Origin: Zhongshania sp. | GTDB taxonomy: Bacteria; Pseudomonadota; Gammaproteobacteria; Pseudomonadales; Spongiibacteraceae | NCBI RefSeq assembly: GCF_047636175.1 | Contig: NZ_JBLIKC010000018.1 | Location: 14,481 to 78,480, forward strand | DNA length: 64,000 nucleotides | Reading direction: 5' to 3' | In this document: one piece after another, positions 22,852-32,962 of the stretch | How positions within the stretch are numbered: position 1 is the stretch's first letter | How the letters are laid out: the number at the start of each line of letters is the position of its first letter | Notes under the pieces: model-generated | What the model saw: only the letters and a program-made list of their open reading frames with translations | Told to the model about the DNA's origin: nothing | Databases searched by the model: none | Made by a program: the position numbers and the translations under genes

Positions 22852-23574
22852 TTAACCGTTGAATCTGGGCGCCTTACCGTCGCGCACCGCGTTTTGCCAG
22901 ACTAGACCATCGACTAATTCGCCGTCTTCAGCCAGTGGCGGATAGGCCAAGCCGTGGTCACGACAATATTCGCTGACTTTGGGCTGCGCCCATTCAAATA
23001 GAATTCTATTATAAGTTTCATCGTCAAGTCGACGCTGCGAATACAAACCGGCAATTTGCCGCTGACGCTCAGCCTCTGCCAAGATAATCCCCGCCGCCAC
23101 CGACACATTGTAAGACTGCACCATACCCCGCATGGGAATAGTGATATGGATGTCAGCCATTTTGCACCCAGCGTCACTGACACCTAATTTTTCGGCACCT
23201 AATAACACCACCGTGGGGCGGGTGTAATCGACTTCCCGGTAATCAACTGAATCAGTGGCCAAATGCGCAGCCAAGACCTGATAGCCCTGCGCTTTTAAAG
23301 GTCCTAAAGCAGCGCTAACATCAGCGCGCCGCTGCACCGACACCCAGCTATGAGAGCCCATGGCAGTGCCATTAAAGGCTTTATAATCTTTATCTGCCAT
23401 GGCGCAATACATCGTCGCGATACCTGCGGCATCTGCCGTACGCACAATCGCTGACAGATTGCGGCTTTTATGAACATTGTCGGTCACAATGGTAAGGTCT
23501 GGCTGGCGGAACTCAAGTACCTGACGCAGGCGTTGCAAGCGTGCGGCTGTCATTGGCATAGTCTCTATAAACAA
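22852..23574 (-). CDS. trmH: tRNA (guanosine-18-2'-O)-methyltransferase; true start may be 23559 or 23553
   Basis: SPOUT motifs NLSAIVRTADA, GAEKLG, IPMRGMVQSYNVSVA. Confidence 0.9.
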   Translation of the reverse strand: MFIETMPMTAARLQRLRQVLEFRQPDLTIVTDNVHKSRNLSAIVRTADAAGIATMYCAMADKDYKAFNGTAMGSHSWVSVQRRADVSAALGPLKAQGYQVLAAHLATDSVDYREVDYTRPTVVLLGAEKLGVSDAGCKMADIHITIPMRGMVQSYNVSVAAGIILAEAERQRQIAGLYSQRRLDDETYNRILFEWAQPKVSEYCRDHGLAYPPLAEDGELVDGLVWQNAVRDGKAPRFNG

Positions 23575-23666
23575 AAACGCCGCCTAGTTTACTGCAGCGA
23601 ACCGAGAGCGCAAATAATTCTTACTCCGGTTATTAATATCCCTCAACTAGGCAAGCATCACCGCGT

Positions 23667-24089
23667 TTAAACCGTATCGATTACCGCCATCGTCAAACGC
23701 GACAGACACACCAATTTATCCGCCTCATCGGTGATGTGAATTTCCCATACATGGGTGCGACGGCCAATATGTACGGGCCGCGCAATGCCGGTTACCAAGC
23801 CCGAGCGTACCGAGCGAATATGGTTAGCATTAATATCTAAACCCACACAGGCCATATTCTCACCGGTGGCCATATGCGCTGCAAAACTGCCCAAGCTCTC
23901 TGCCAATACTACCGAGGCGCCTCCATGCAAAATGCCCATAGGCTGGTGGGTGCGCTTATCAACCGGCATGGTACCCATCACATAGTCGGCACCAATCTCA
24001 GTGAATAGCAGCCCGAGGGGCTCGGCAATCGTATTTTTGTTAAAAGCATTTGCTTCGACGATATCGTAAGTCTGTTTCCAAATTGTCAT
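23667..24089 (-). CDS. hotdog-fold thioesterase (PaaI/MenI family)
   Basis: QPMGILHGGASVVLAES, GLDINANH. Confidence 0.9.
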   Translation of the reverse strand: MTIWKQTYDIVEANAFNKNTIAEPLGLLFTEIGADYVMGTMPVDKRTHQPMGILHGGASVVLAESLGSFAAHMATGENMACVGLDINANHIRSVRSGLVTGIARPVHIGRRTHVWEIHITDEADKLVCLSRLTMAVIDTV

Positions 24090-24240
24090 TTCTAATAATC
24101 CCGCTTATTTGATTTATAAATTCGCCTACGAATAAGACCCAAAAGCCTAATTAACGAGGTAAAAAGTCCCACTGGCAATTAAAGTTTACTCTGATAACAT
24201 GACTGCCATAATAGCATTCATATCCCCAAAGGAAATCACC

Positions 24241-25389
24241 ATGTCAGCAATCCCTAGAACCGTGTACGAAGAAGAACATGAATTATTTCGCAGTTCGGTA
24301 AGAAAATTCTTAGAAGTCGAAGCAGCGCCCTACCACGCTCAGTGGGAAAAAGATGGGCAAGTCGATCGCGCTCTGTGGATAAAAGCGGGCGAGCAAGGCT
24401 TTCTGTCACCCAGCGTGACCGAAGAATACGGCGGCGTGGGCGTGGATTTCCGCTATAACGCCATTGTTGACGAAGAGTGCGGCCGCTCAGGCTTTACCGG
24501 TATTGGCTGGGGCTTACACTCTGACATCGCGGTACCGTATATAGAGCGCTACGGCAGCGAAGAGCAAAAGCAAAGATACCTGCAAAAGTGTGTCACCGGT
24601 GAAATAGTAATGGCAATTGCCATGACCGAGCCCGGTGCCGGTTCCGATTTACAAGGCATTAAAACCAACGCAGTAAAAGACGGTGACGATTATATTATTA
24701 ATGGCTCAAAAACCTTCATCACCAATGGTCAGCACGCCGACCTAGTGATTGTGGTTGTCAAAACTGACCCATCGGCTGGCGCCAAAGGCACAAGCTTGTT
24801 TTTGATGGAAGCAGGCACACCCGGTTTCAGCAAAGGTCAGAACCTTGAGAAGATCGGCTTAAAGGCCCAAGACACCTCAGAACTATTCTTCCAGGATGTG
24901 CGTCTTTCAAAAGACCAACTCCTTGGCGAAGAGGGCATGGGCTTCATCTATTTGATGCAAGACCTTCCACAAGAGCGTTTGAACGTCGCGATTATTGCAA
25001 TAGCCAACGCCGAAGCCATTCTTGAGCAAACCATTGCATATGTAAAAGAGCGCAAAGCCTTTGGTAAAACTGTCGCCACCTTCCAAAACACCCAGTTTAA
25101 ACTGGCGGAAATGGAAACCGAGGTGAGTGTTGCCAGAGTATTCCTTGATCGCTGCTTAGAGCTGCACTTAGAAGAAAAGTTTGATGCTGTTATGGCGGCA
25201 AAAGCCAAGCTAATGACAACCGACCTACAGTGCAAAGTGATAGACGAATGCCTGCAGCTACACGGTGGGTATGGCTACATGTGGGAATACCCTGTCGCTC
25301 GGGCATTTGCAGATTCACGCGTGCAGCGCATTTATGCCGGCACCAACGAAGTGATGAAATTAATTATTGGTCGCGACTTACTTAAGTAA
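24241..25389 (+). CDS. acyl-CoA dehydrogenase, long-chain (LCAD-like) type
   Basis: AMTEPGAGSDLQGI, LPQERL, RIYAGTNEVMK; ATG 24241 with AAGGA upstream. Confidence 0.9.
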   Translation: MSAIPRTVYEEEHELFRSSVRKFLEVEAAPYHAQWEKDGQVDRALWIKAGEQGFLSPSVTEEYGGVGVDFRYNAIVDEECGRSGFTGIGWGLHSDIAVPYIERYGSEEQKQRYLQKCVTGEIVMAIAMTEPGAGSDLQGIKTNAVKDGDDYIINGSKTFITNGQHADLVIVVVKTDPSAGAKGTSLFLMEAGTPGFSKGQNLEKIGLKAQDTSELFFQDVRLSKDQLLGEEGMGFIYLMQDLPQERLNVAIIAIANAEAILEQTIAYVKERKAFGKTVATFQNTQFKLAEMETEVSVARVFLDRCLELHLEEKFDAVMAAKAKLMTTDLQCKVIDECLQLHGGYGYMWEYPVARAFADSRVQRIYAGTNEVMKLIIGRDLLK

Positions 25390-25416
25390 ACATGCTTTAG
25401 ACGTCATATGACAATT

Positions 25417-25498
25417 AAGGGGCCGCATATATTCTAAGTGCCCCTATTAAATAGAAAAAATAAGCATTTCTGTGCATGCCTCAGAGGTGCTTTTTTTT
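25417..25498 (+). terminator. two tandem hairpins after the acyl-CoA dehydrogenase, the second with a U-tract
   Basis: AGGGGC...GCCCCT, then AAGCATTTCTG...CAGAGGTGCTT followed by a T run. Confidence 0.65.
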
Positions 25499-26858
25499 GA
25501 CTAAAATCTAGTTACGACAAGCTAATAGCCAAGCCCTAGGATCTAACTAAAAGATATCTGACGCTGCGATTGATGATCTAATCTTATTAATCGATTCTTG
25601 AATTTGTTTTTAAATGAACACCTGAAGACTAATATGAGAATGAATCACCATATTTAGCTGTCAATTGCGCAGATTTTATAAGCAATTTTTGTTCGGCTAA
25701 TGCCGACTCATTTGAGGGTAAATCTGAATACTATTTTTCAAAGATACTTTCTCGATGTCTTAAGCTTAGATGTCACTATCAGTTGCTTCGCAGAAATATC
25801 TATTGCTGACATCGGCTGGCAACATCCCTTACAAGCTCAAAACACTCTATAGCAATGACATGAGCTATGTCATATTCAAATACTTAACGTCATCCAGAAA
25901 TCGCCCTCATTGGCGACCAAACCAACGATTAATCTTTCACACTCACACGAAGTGTTCGTCAGCATGCCTCCGCCCCCAAAACAGTAACTATCGAATTTTA
26001 ATCACACAGGCAAAGCGGGTTAAGGGCGAACAAAAGGTTCATGCTCAAGACAAAACATCATGTGAGTGGCACGCTGCAATAACTCAGACACACCAAAAGT
26101 AGGCCCCACTAGGGGACGATTAACAAAGCGATTCCTTATTGATATTGAAGCCAGTAATTATTAAGGGGATTTCGTAAAGATGGTTATTTACGATGAAAAT
26201 CAACAAGTTATTAAAAAGTCACGCCACATCTTAGGAAGACGGATGGCCTGCCATCACTTCCTGATACTCTGCAAGAAATCACAGCGCTATCTTGAACTCG
26301 CTGGATTGGCTAAACACCGAGAGACCTCGATGACTTGACTAGCTGATACCAATAGGCGCAGGGTGTGTCTATGCCCGACAATTGTCTTTACTGTCAGTTA
26401 AGAAAAATTCCAAAGAAATATTTAAACTTGCCGGCATCTAGACAGTAAGATCATAATCTATTAAGCATTAGGGATGATTTAGAAATTCGACATCAACTAG
26501 TCGCAATTATGTGCTTCCTATACTTTGCATATCCGCGCCAAACTCAGACAGGACAAAGTCATCGAATTTACTAAAGAAATTGAACCGGGCTTTAAACATC
26601 AAAATCATGCAATCCTTATAAGTGCAGGGGATAGGGAGCGTCAAAAACCAATAAGAAAATGCTCAACAACATATTAGCTAAAGATCAAATGTCTAAATAC
26701 GTTCAACCGGTGATCTGATAAATCATCGTTCGCGTAAGGAATCTAATTATCTTTACCTATGTAAATGTGTAGGGTAATTGTGATGGGTGTGTCTCGTGTT
26801 TATACTCCAGTAAAGATGCAGATGCTAAATAAGAGAAAAGTTCTATTAGGGGATACAC

Positions 26859-27566
26859 ATGACTAAAATGTTACCAGTAAACGATTATGTAGGTATGTCT
26901 TTTTGGCTAATATCTATGGCTCTCGTTGCTGCCACAGCGTTTTTCTTTATTGAGCGTGATCGCGTCTCAAGCAAATGGAAAACATCTTTGACAGTTTCAG
27001 GTCTTGTTACGCTAATTGCGGCAGTTCACTATTTCTATATGCGAGAGGTCTGGGTCTCTACCGGCGAATCACCGACGGCATTCCGTTACATTGATTGGCT
27101 ATTAACAGTACCATTATTGATGATCGAGTTTTACTTGATTCTATCTGCAGTATCTCCAAAGAAAGTCCCAACTGGGATTTTTTGGCGTTTACTTATCGGC
27201 TCCATTGTTATGCTTGGATTCGGTTACGCTGGTGAAACTGGGATAATGGACGCTAAAATTGCATTCGTTCCATCAATGGCAGCTTGGGCATTCATAATCT
27301 GGGAAATCTTTCGAGGTGAAGCAAGTAAAGTTAATGCTGGACTTGACAATCCTAACGTCCAGAAAGCCTATAAAACGATGCTTCTGCTAGTAACATTTGG
27401 TTGGGCAATTTACCCACTAGGTTACTTCTTAGGTTACTTCGTTGATGGCTCGAACAGCGGCACTATGAATCTTATCTACAACATAGCTGACTTCTGGAAC
27501 AAGATCGCTTTTGGTCTGGTTATCTGGGCAGCGGCTGTAGCGGATACAGAATCCAAAACAAGCTAG
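26859..27566 (+). CDS. proteorhodopsin (DTE proton pump, Leu105 green type)
   Basis: Helix C RYIDWLLTVPLLMIEFY, His75-equivalent AVHYFYMR, retinal Lys in DFWNKIAFG; followed by retinal synthesis genes. Confidence 0.95.
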   Translation: MTKMLPVNDYVGMSFWLISMALVAATAFFFIERDRVSSKWKTSLTVSGLVTLIAAVHYFYMREVWVSTGESPTAFRYIDWLLTVPLLMIEFYLILSAVSPKKVPTGIFWRLLIGSIVMLGFGYAGETGIMDAKIAFVPSMAAWAFIIWEIFRGEASKVNAGLDNPNVQKAYKTMLLLVTFGWAIYPLGYFLGYFVDGSNSGTMNLIYNIADFWNKIAFGLVIWAAAVADTESKTS

Positions 27567-27574
27567 TTCGTTTG

Positions 27575-27600
27575 AAAGGGTCAGCTTTGCTGGCCCTTTT
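27575..27600 (+). terminator. intrinsic terminator-like hairpin between the rhodopsin gene and crtE
   Basis: AAAGGGTCAGC-TTT-GCTGGCCCTTT, then T and an AT-rich run. Confidence 0.65.
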
Positions 27601-27665
27601 AATATTGAAAATAAAAATCAGAACATTAGGGAAAACATAACTTACGTCTTATAAGGGTACTAAAA

Positions 27666-28643
27666 ATGTTCCCAGCCATGTTAAGTCAAAAGCGAGCATT
27701 GACATCGTTGAGCGCACTGTATCAACGAGAAATATTTGATATGGACAGTATTCTGGCTCAGGCTGCTAGCTATCATTTTAACACTCCAGGTAAATCTTTT
27801 AGAGCGCAACTCGCGCTGTCTAGTGGCGAAGCCCTAGGCTTAAATGAGTATGACAATTTACATTGGGCAGCCGCTTGCGAGCTGTTGCACAATGCATCAC
27901 TTATACATGATGATATTAGTGATGCGAGCACCCACAGGCGCGGAAAAGAAAGCATTCATGAGCACTTTGGTTCTGACATGGCTCTCTGTCTTGGTGACTG
28001 GATGGTAGCCAAAGCCTTCGAACTTGCCACCAGGAATAAACAATATGGCGGAGCGCTTGCTGCGCTTTTAGCTCGAGCAATGCAAGATACCTGTCGTGGC
28101 CAAATTTCTGACATTAGCCAACGCCAATGCATTGAATTAGATGAGTGGCAGAACATTGTTAAAGGCAAGACCACGCCTCTTTTACTCGCCCCTATTAAAG
28201 GTGCTGCATTAGCAGCGGGACTTAGCCAACATTCGGATAGCTTAGAGCCCTTGGGCACTCTGGAAACACTGGTCGGTTTATGCGGATTAGCCTACCAAGG
28301 TCTTAATGATATTGAAGATATTATTCCTTCGAGTCACCGTTCATGTGATATGGAGGGCCGAAAACCGAATTTAGTTGTTAGCCTTTTCTTTAAACAAGGT
28401 ATTGGCAAAGTTGAATTCAACACGTGGTATCAAGCTGCGGATAATAGTCATCTATTTCATTGGCAGCGACGTATTGCTTGCAGTGATATAGTTTTAAAAG
28501 CTTACCAAACGGTGGATTTTTGGTTGCTACAGGCAGCTGAACAAATCAGCGACCTACCAATGGAACTCCAACCAGTTGCTTATAGTTTAGTTGAGTCTGT
28601 TAGACCAAAAACAACCGTTAACATTGAAGGATGGATAGCTTGA
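27666..28643 (+). CDS. crtE: geranylgeranyl diphosphate synthase
   Basis: GKSFR, first Asp-rich motif LLHNASLIHDDISD, GKT; second motif reads NDIED. Confidence 0.85.
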   Translation: MFPAMLSQKRALTSLSALYQREIFDMDSILAQAASYHFNTPGKSFRAQLALSSGEALGLNEYDNLHWAAACELLHNASLIHDDISDASTHRRGKESIHEHFGSDMALCLGDWMVAKAFELATRNKQYGGALAALLARAMQDTCRGQISDISQRQCIELDEWQNIVKGKTTPLLLAPIKGAALAAGLSQHSDSLEPLGTLETLVGLCGLAYQGLNDIEDIIPSSHRSCDMEGRKPNLVVSLFFKQGIGKVEFNTWYQAADNSHLFHWQRRIACSDIVLKAYQTVDFWLLQAAEQISDLPMELQPVAYSLVESVRPKTTVNIEGWIA

Positions 28644-30139
28644 CCTCCAAAGAGTTCGGAGCAGGTAAAACAGCTGTAGTAATCGGAGCAGGCTTCGCTG
28701 GTATGGCCACAGCACTAAGATTAAGGGCCCTGGGTTACCAAGTAACTTTGCTTGAGCGTCTTGGTAATTTGGGTGGCAGAGCACAAGTATTTGAGCGCGG
28801 TGGTTACCGTCATGATGCCGGGCCAACGGTTATTACAGCACCTTTTTTATTCGATGAGCTTTTTGAATTATTTGATGAGAAATTATCTGATCATCTAGAA
28901 TTTGTACCTTTGGATCCATTCTATCGATTTCACTTTGCTGACGGTAGTCAGTTTGATTATTGCGCTAGTATTGACGATACCCTGACTGAGATTCGACGCT
29001 TTAGTAATGATGATGCAGATGGCTACCTTAAGTTATTAAAACAGTCCAAAAAGGTTTATGACGTTGCCTTTAAAAAACTTGTCCATCGGCCTTTTACTCG
29101 AATATGGGATATGATCAAACAGATTCCAGCTCTCATTATTCTCAAATGTTATAGAACTGTTTCACAAATGGTGAACAGTCACTTGAAGCACCCACTAATT
29201 CGCCAAGCTTTTTCTATTCACCCCTTGTTAGTCGGTGGAAATCCTTTTAAAACCACCGCTATTTACTCCTTGATTCATTACCTTGAACGCCGCTGGGGGG
29301 TATTTTTTTGTATGGGTGGAACGGGCAAGCTGGTTGAAGAATTAGGCGCTCTTATGGCGCGCCAGGGAGTTAATGTTGTTCTTAACGCTGATGTCGATGA
29401 GATAGTCGTTGTCAATAAAAAAGCAACTGGAATTAGACTCAATAATAATCAATCCATCCAAGCTGATTTAGTTGTGTTTGGTGGTGACCCAGAAACCTGC
29501 TATCAACACTTATTGCCTAAAACAAAATTCAGCCTACCTTCTGCTAAAAAGCGATACAGCATGGGATTGTATGTGTTGTATTTTGGCACAAAAAAACTTT
29601 ACCCTGATGTCGCTCACCACAGTATTTGGATGGGGCCTCGATTTAAAGAGTTACTATCTGAAATTTTTAACGAAAAAAAAATGAGTGATGACTTTAGCCT
29701 TTATGTGCATCGCCCGACAGCAACAGACAAGAGTTTTGCTCCTGAGGGCTGTGAATCTTTTTATGTGTTGTGTCCGGTGCCAAACCTGCAGGGCAATGTA
29801 AATTGGAGCAGTGAGGGAGTACGTTTGCGTGACAGAATTATCGAAGCGCTAGAAGAAACGATACTGCCAGAGCTAACATCAGTGATTGAAGAAGTTTTTT
29901 GGATGACTCCAGAAGATTTTGCAAAGGACTATCGTTCAATGCATGGAGCAGGTTTCTCAATTGAACCGCGACTAACCCAGTCTGCTTGGTTTCGCTTTCA
30001 CAATCGTGATCGCTCAATTTCTAATCTATATTTTGTTGGCGCCGGCACTCATCCGGGCGCCGGACTGCCCGGGGTCGTCAGCTCTGCCAAAGTCGTCGAG
30101 GAATTACTGACAGGGGTCGAGGTCGGCTCAGGCGGATAA
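28631..30139 (+). CDS. crtI: phytoene desaturase
   Basis: VIGAGFAG, DAGPTVIT, YFVGAGTHPGAGLPGV. Confidence 0.95.
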   Translation: MDSLTSKEFGAGKTAVVIGAGFAGMATALRLRALGYQVTLLERLGNLGGRAQVFERGGYRHDAGPTVITAPFLFDELFELFDEKLSDHLEFVPLDPFYRFHFADGSQFDYCASIDDTLTEIRRFSNDDADGYLKLLKQSKKVYDVAFKKLVHRPFTRIWDMIKQIPALIILKCYRTVSQMVNSHLKHPLIRQAFSIHPLLVGGNPFKTTAIYSLIHYLERRWGVFFCMGGTGKLVEELGALMARQGVNVVLNADVDEIVVVNKKATGIRLNNNQSIQADLVVFGGDPETCYQHLLPKTKFSLPSAKKRYSMGLYVLYFGTKKLYPDVAHHSIWMGPRFKELLSEIFNEKKMSDDFSLYVHRPTATDKSFAPEGCESFYVLCPVPNLQGNVNWSSEGVRLRDRIIEALEETILPELTSVIEEVFWMTPEDFAKDYRSMHGAGFSIEPRLTQSAWFRFHNRDRSISNLYFVGAGTHPGAGLPGVVSSAKVVEELLTGVEVGSGG

Positions 30140-30142
30140 GTA

Positions 30143-31048
30143 ATGGAAAATTTATCTACCACTTCTCTTACACAATCGGTCCCTAAACAAATACTGGCTC
30201 GGCACGGTAAAACATTTTATTGGGCCAGCTTATTCCTAGGTTCTAAACTGGCCGACCGTGTTGCACACCTCTACCAATTTTGTCGATTTGTTGACGACTT
30301 AGCCGATGGTGATTTGCCTAATCGTGAAGGGTCTCTTGAAGATATTCGCGCCCGTTTGAATGGTAGCAATCAACTAGCAGGTCCAGAAGTAGAGGACTTT
30401 ATGCTTCTAGCGAAAGAAAACGACATTCCATTGGCAGCCGCTCGTGAGTTGCTCGATGGTATGCTTAAAGACCAACAACCAACTGTTATTAGGGATGAAG
30501 CTGAATTACTTCGTTACTGCCATGCGGTCGCAGGTACGGTGGGCTTGATGATGTGCCGCGTGCTGAAATGTGAAAATAAGCGCGCCGAGAGCTTTGCCAT
30601 TGACCTCGGTATTGCGATGCAATTGACCAATATTTCTAGAGATGTGCTGGAAGACGCAAAAATGGGTCGTCGCTATATTCCGGCAAACTGGGTCGATTTG
30701 CCCGCTACAGAGATCGCTGAGGCCGACATTAACAGTCATCATCCAATCGCCATAGCAGTTGATCGTTTAATAGATCTGGCAGAAGACTATTATCAGAGCG
30801 CCTTGTTAGGTATTCAGCTCCTGCCTTTACGCTCGCGTCTTTCCATTATTATTGCATTACGCGTCTATCGGCAGATTGGCTGGGTATTAAAACGGCGCAG
30901 CCTGCCGTGGTGGCAAGGACGAGTCTTTGTGACCAAGCCAGAAAAGGCACTTTTGAGTTTGCGTAGCCTTGGTGACTTAATACCATTGAAAGTCCCAGCG
31001 CATAAAAAAGAACTGCACCGACACTTGCAGGGTCTTGCCGGTGTCTAA
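30143..31048 (+). CDS. crtB: phytoene synthase
   Basis: FCRFVDDLAD, YCHAVAGTVGLM, QLTNISRDVLED. Confidence 0.95.
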   Translation: MENLSTTSLTQSVPKQILARHGKTFYWASLFLGSKLADRVAHLYQFCRFVDDLADGDLPNREGSLEDIRARLNGSNQLAGPEVEDFMLLAKENDIPLAAARELLDGMLKDQQPTVIRDEAELLRYCHAVAGTVGLMMCRVLKCENKRAESFAIDLGIAMQLTNISRDVLEDAKMGRRYIPANWVDLPATEIAEADINSHHPIAIAVDRLIDLAEDYYQSALLGIQLLPLRSRLSIIIALRVYRQIGWVLKRRSLPWWQGRVFVTKPEKALLSLRSLGDLIPLKVPAHKKELHRHLQGLAGV

Positions 31049-32156
31049 ATTAGGCAATAGTGCGAATGAAATTAATGAGTTTGATATTGCCATTATTGGT
31101 GGTGGCAGTGCTGGTATCACACTCGCAGCTAAGCTCCGCAATTGTTCTGCAGTCGTCGTAGAGCCCTATACTCCAGCTGAGCGCGACTGCAGCTGGGCGC
31201 TGTGGGCAAACAGTCATCAGGTAAAAAAATTTGCTTCAGCAACTAAAGGTAGCTGGAAACAGTGGCGATTAATTGATCACCAGACTGAGGTGCGCCATTG
31301 CAGTGATCAGTATCGCTACACCAGCCTCAGTTCTGCCCAATATATGAGCGAATGTGAAGGTAAACTGGCAGCGGGTGTCGACCTTGTTAGAGCGCCAGCA
31401 GAAGATTTGGTTGCCGCTGGTAACGGCGGCACATTTACCGCTGCTGGAAAGTATTATAAGGCAACCCAGCTATATGATAGTCGACCACCAAAAATGGCCA
31501 ACAATAGTTTAAGACAGCATTTTCTAGGATGGGAAATACGTACCAAGAACCCTATTCATGATTCTGATATAGCGACATTAATGGACTTTCGTGTCGATCA
31601 ATCTAGAGGCCTGCATTTCATCTATGCTTTGCCTTTTTCTGATCATAGATTATTAATCGAATCGACTATGATCTCTAATCATGTAGAAGATAAAGACTGG
31701 TATCGACAAGCTATTTCTGACTGGCTGCGTGAACAAAGCATTGAAATAGAAGAAAAATTGAGTGAAGAAATCGGCGTTATACCCATGCATACAATAGTGC
31801 CACTGGATAATGGTATCGCCAGTATTGGCGCAGCCAGTGGCGCAGTGCGCTTGTCATCCGGATATGCTTTTACAGGAATTCAAGCTCAAATCACTCAATT
31901 AGCTAAGAGAATTAGCGTCGGCCAGTACACCGTGCCCACCCCTATTTCACCCATACTGATCCGTATGGATAAAGTCTTTAATCGAGTATTAATGGCGCAA
32001 CCAGAGCTGGCTGTGTCGCTGATGATGCGCACCGCTAAGGCTTTAGACGCCAATGGATTTGCGCGTTTTATGCTGGGCTCCGCTACCATCATGGACTGGG
32101 CCAAGGTCATTATAGCAATGCCTAAAGTGCCTTTTCTGAAACAAATCTTCCAGTGA
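31035..32156 (+). CDS. crtY: lycopene beta-cyclase
   Basis: IIGGGSAG, QHFLGWEI, LMDFR, FIYALPFS, SSGYAF. Confidence 0.9.
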   Translation: MPVSKLGNSANEINEFDIAIIGGGSAGITLAAKLRNCSAVVVEPYTPAERDCSWALWANSHQVKKFASATKGSWKQWRLIDHQTEVRHCSDQYRYTSLSSAQYMSECEGKLAAGVDLVRAPAEDLVAAGNGGTFTAAGKYYKATQLYDSRPPKMANNSLRQHFLGWEIRTKNPIHDSDIATLMDFRVDQSRGLHFIYALPFSDHRLLIESTMISNHVEDKDWYRQAISDWLREQSIEIEEKLSEEIGVIPMHTIVPLDNGIASIGAASGAVRLSSGYAFTGIQAQITQLAKRISVGQYTVPTPISPILIRMDKVFNRVLMAQPELAVSLMMRTAKALDANGFARFMLGSATIMDWAKVIIAMPKVPFLKQIFQ

Positions 32157-32962
32157 TGAACTCTTGGGATATGGTCGCAATCGGCGCCACTTTATTACTA
32201 GGCGTACCGCATGGGGGTCTTGATGGTGCGGTTGCTCGGCGCATTGGCTGGCCGATAGGAATTGCACCTTGGCTGGGTTTCCATCTGGTCTATATTGCCT
32301 TGGCAGCACTAGTCGCTGGTCTTTGGTGGTTATTTCCGTTAACAAGTTTAAGCGTTTTCCTGCTGATCTCAGCATTTCATTTTGGAGCTAGTGATATTGC
32401 CGATAGTGGCTCTCACTGGTTGCCGTGGGCAGCACATGGTGGCTTGGTTTGTATTGCGATTCCGTGCTTACAACCCTCACAGGTAGAGTCAATCTTCGCA
32501 GTTCTTGTTGGTGCGGAAAACGCTAGTATATTGATGTTTGGGATAACTATTTTATTTATACCTTGGATTATTAGCTTTATTGGCTATTTTGGGTACGCTT
32601 ACTATAGGCCCCAATACCGAAAGCCATTAATCACTTTGCTAATATTTTTTGGTTTGGCCGCTACACTCCCCCCCTTGATTAGTTTTGCACTCTATTTTTG
32701 TCTCTGGCATAGCCAAGGACACATACGTCGGTTATGGAATAGTCTTGAACAACATGAGCGCAATCGAAGTATTAGTGAAGCAGCGATTTATACAATTGCA
32801 GCTTGGATTAGTGTCGGCGTTATTTTCTATTATTTACAGGGTTCGGCCGCCACTTTACTAATCCAATTAACATTTATTGGCCTGGCAGCACTGACTCTAC
32901 CTCATATGTTATTAGTCGATTATGCCCACAGAAAAATTCAGAAAAAAGAGGCATTGCTATGA
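32153..32962 (+). CDS. blh: beta-carotene 15,15'-dioxygenase (Blh/Brp)
   Basis: His motifs GVPHGGLD, FHFG, LWHS, LTLPH; hydrophobic; typical position in PR operons. Confidence 0.92.
   Translation: MMNSWDMVAIGATLLLGVPHGGLDGAVARRIGWPIGIAPWLGFHLVYIALAALVAGLWWLFPLTSLSVFLLISAFHFGASDIADSGSHWLPWAAHGGLVCIAIPCLQPSQVESIFAVLVGAENASILMFGITILFIPWIISFIGYFGYAYYRPQYRKPLITLLIFFGLAATLPPLISFALYFCLWHSQGHIRRLWNSLEQHERNRSISEAAIYTIAAWISVGVIFYYLQGSAATLLIQLTFIGLAALTLPHMLLVDYAHRKIQKKEALL

Noticed and set aside
25770-26102. 110-codon ORF upstream of the rhodopsin gene
   Set aside because: No recognisable motif, no clear RBS and atypical composition; not called as a CDS
26240-26345. DGLPSLPDTLQEI peptide resembling the start of an HDOD domain
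   Set aside because: Similarity does not continue past about 13 residues in any frame
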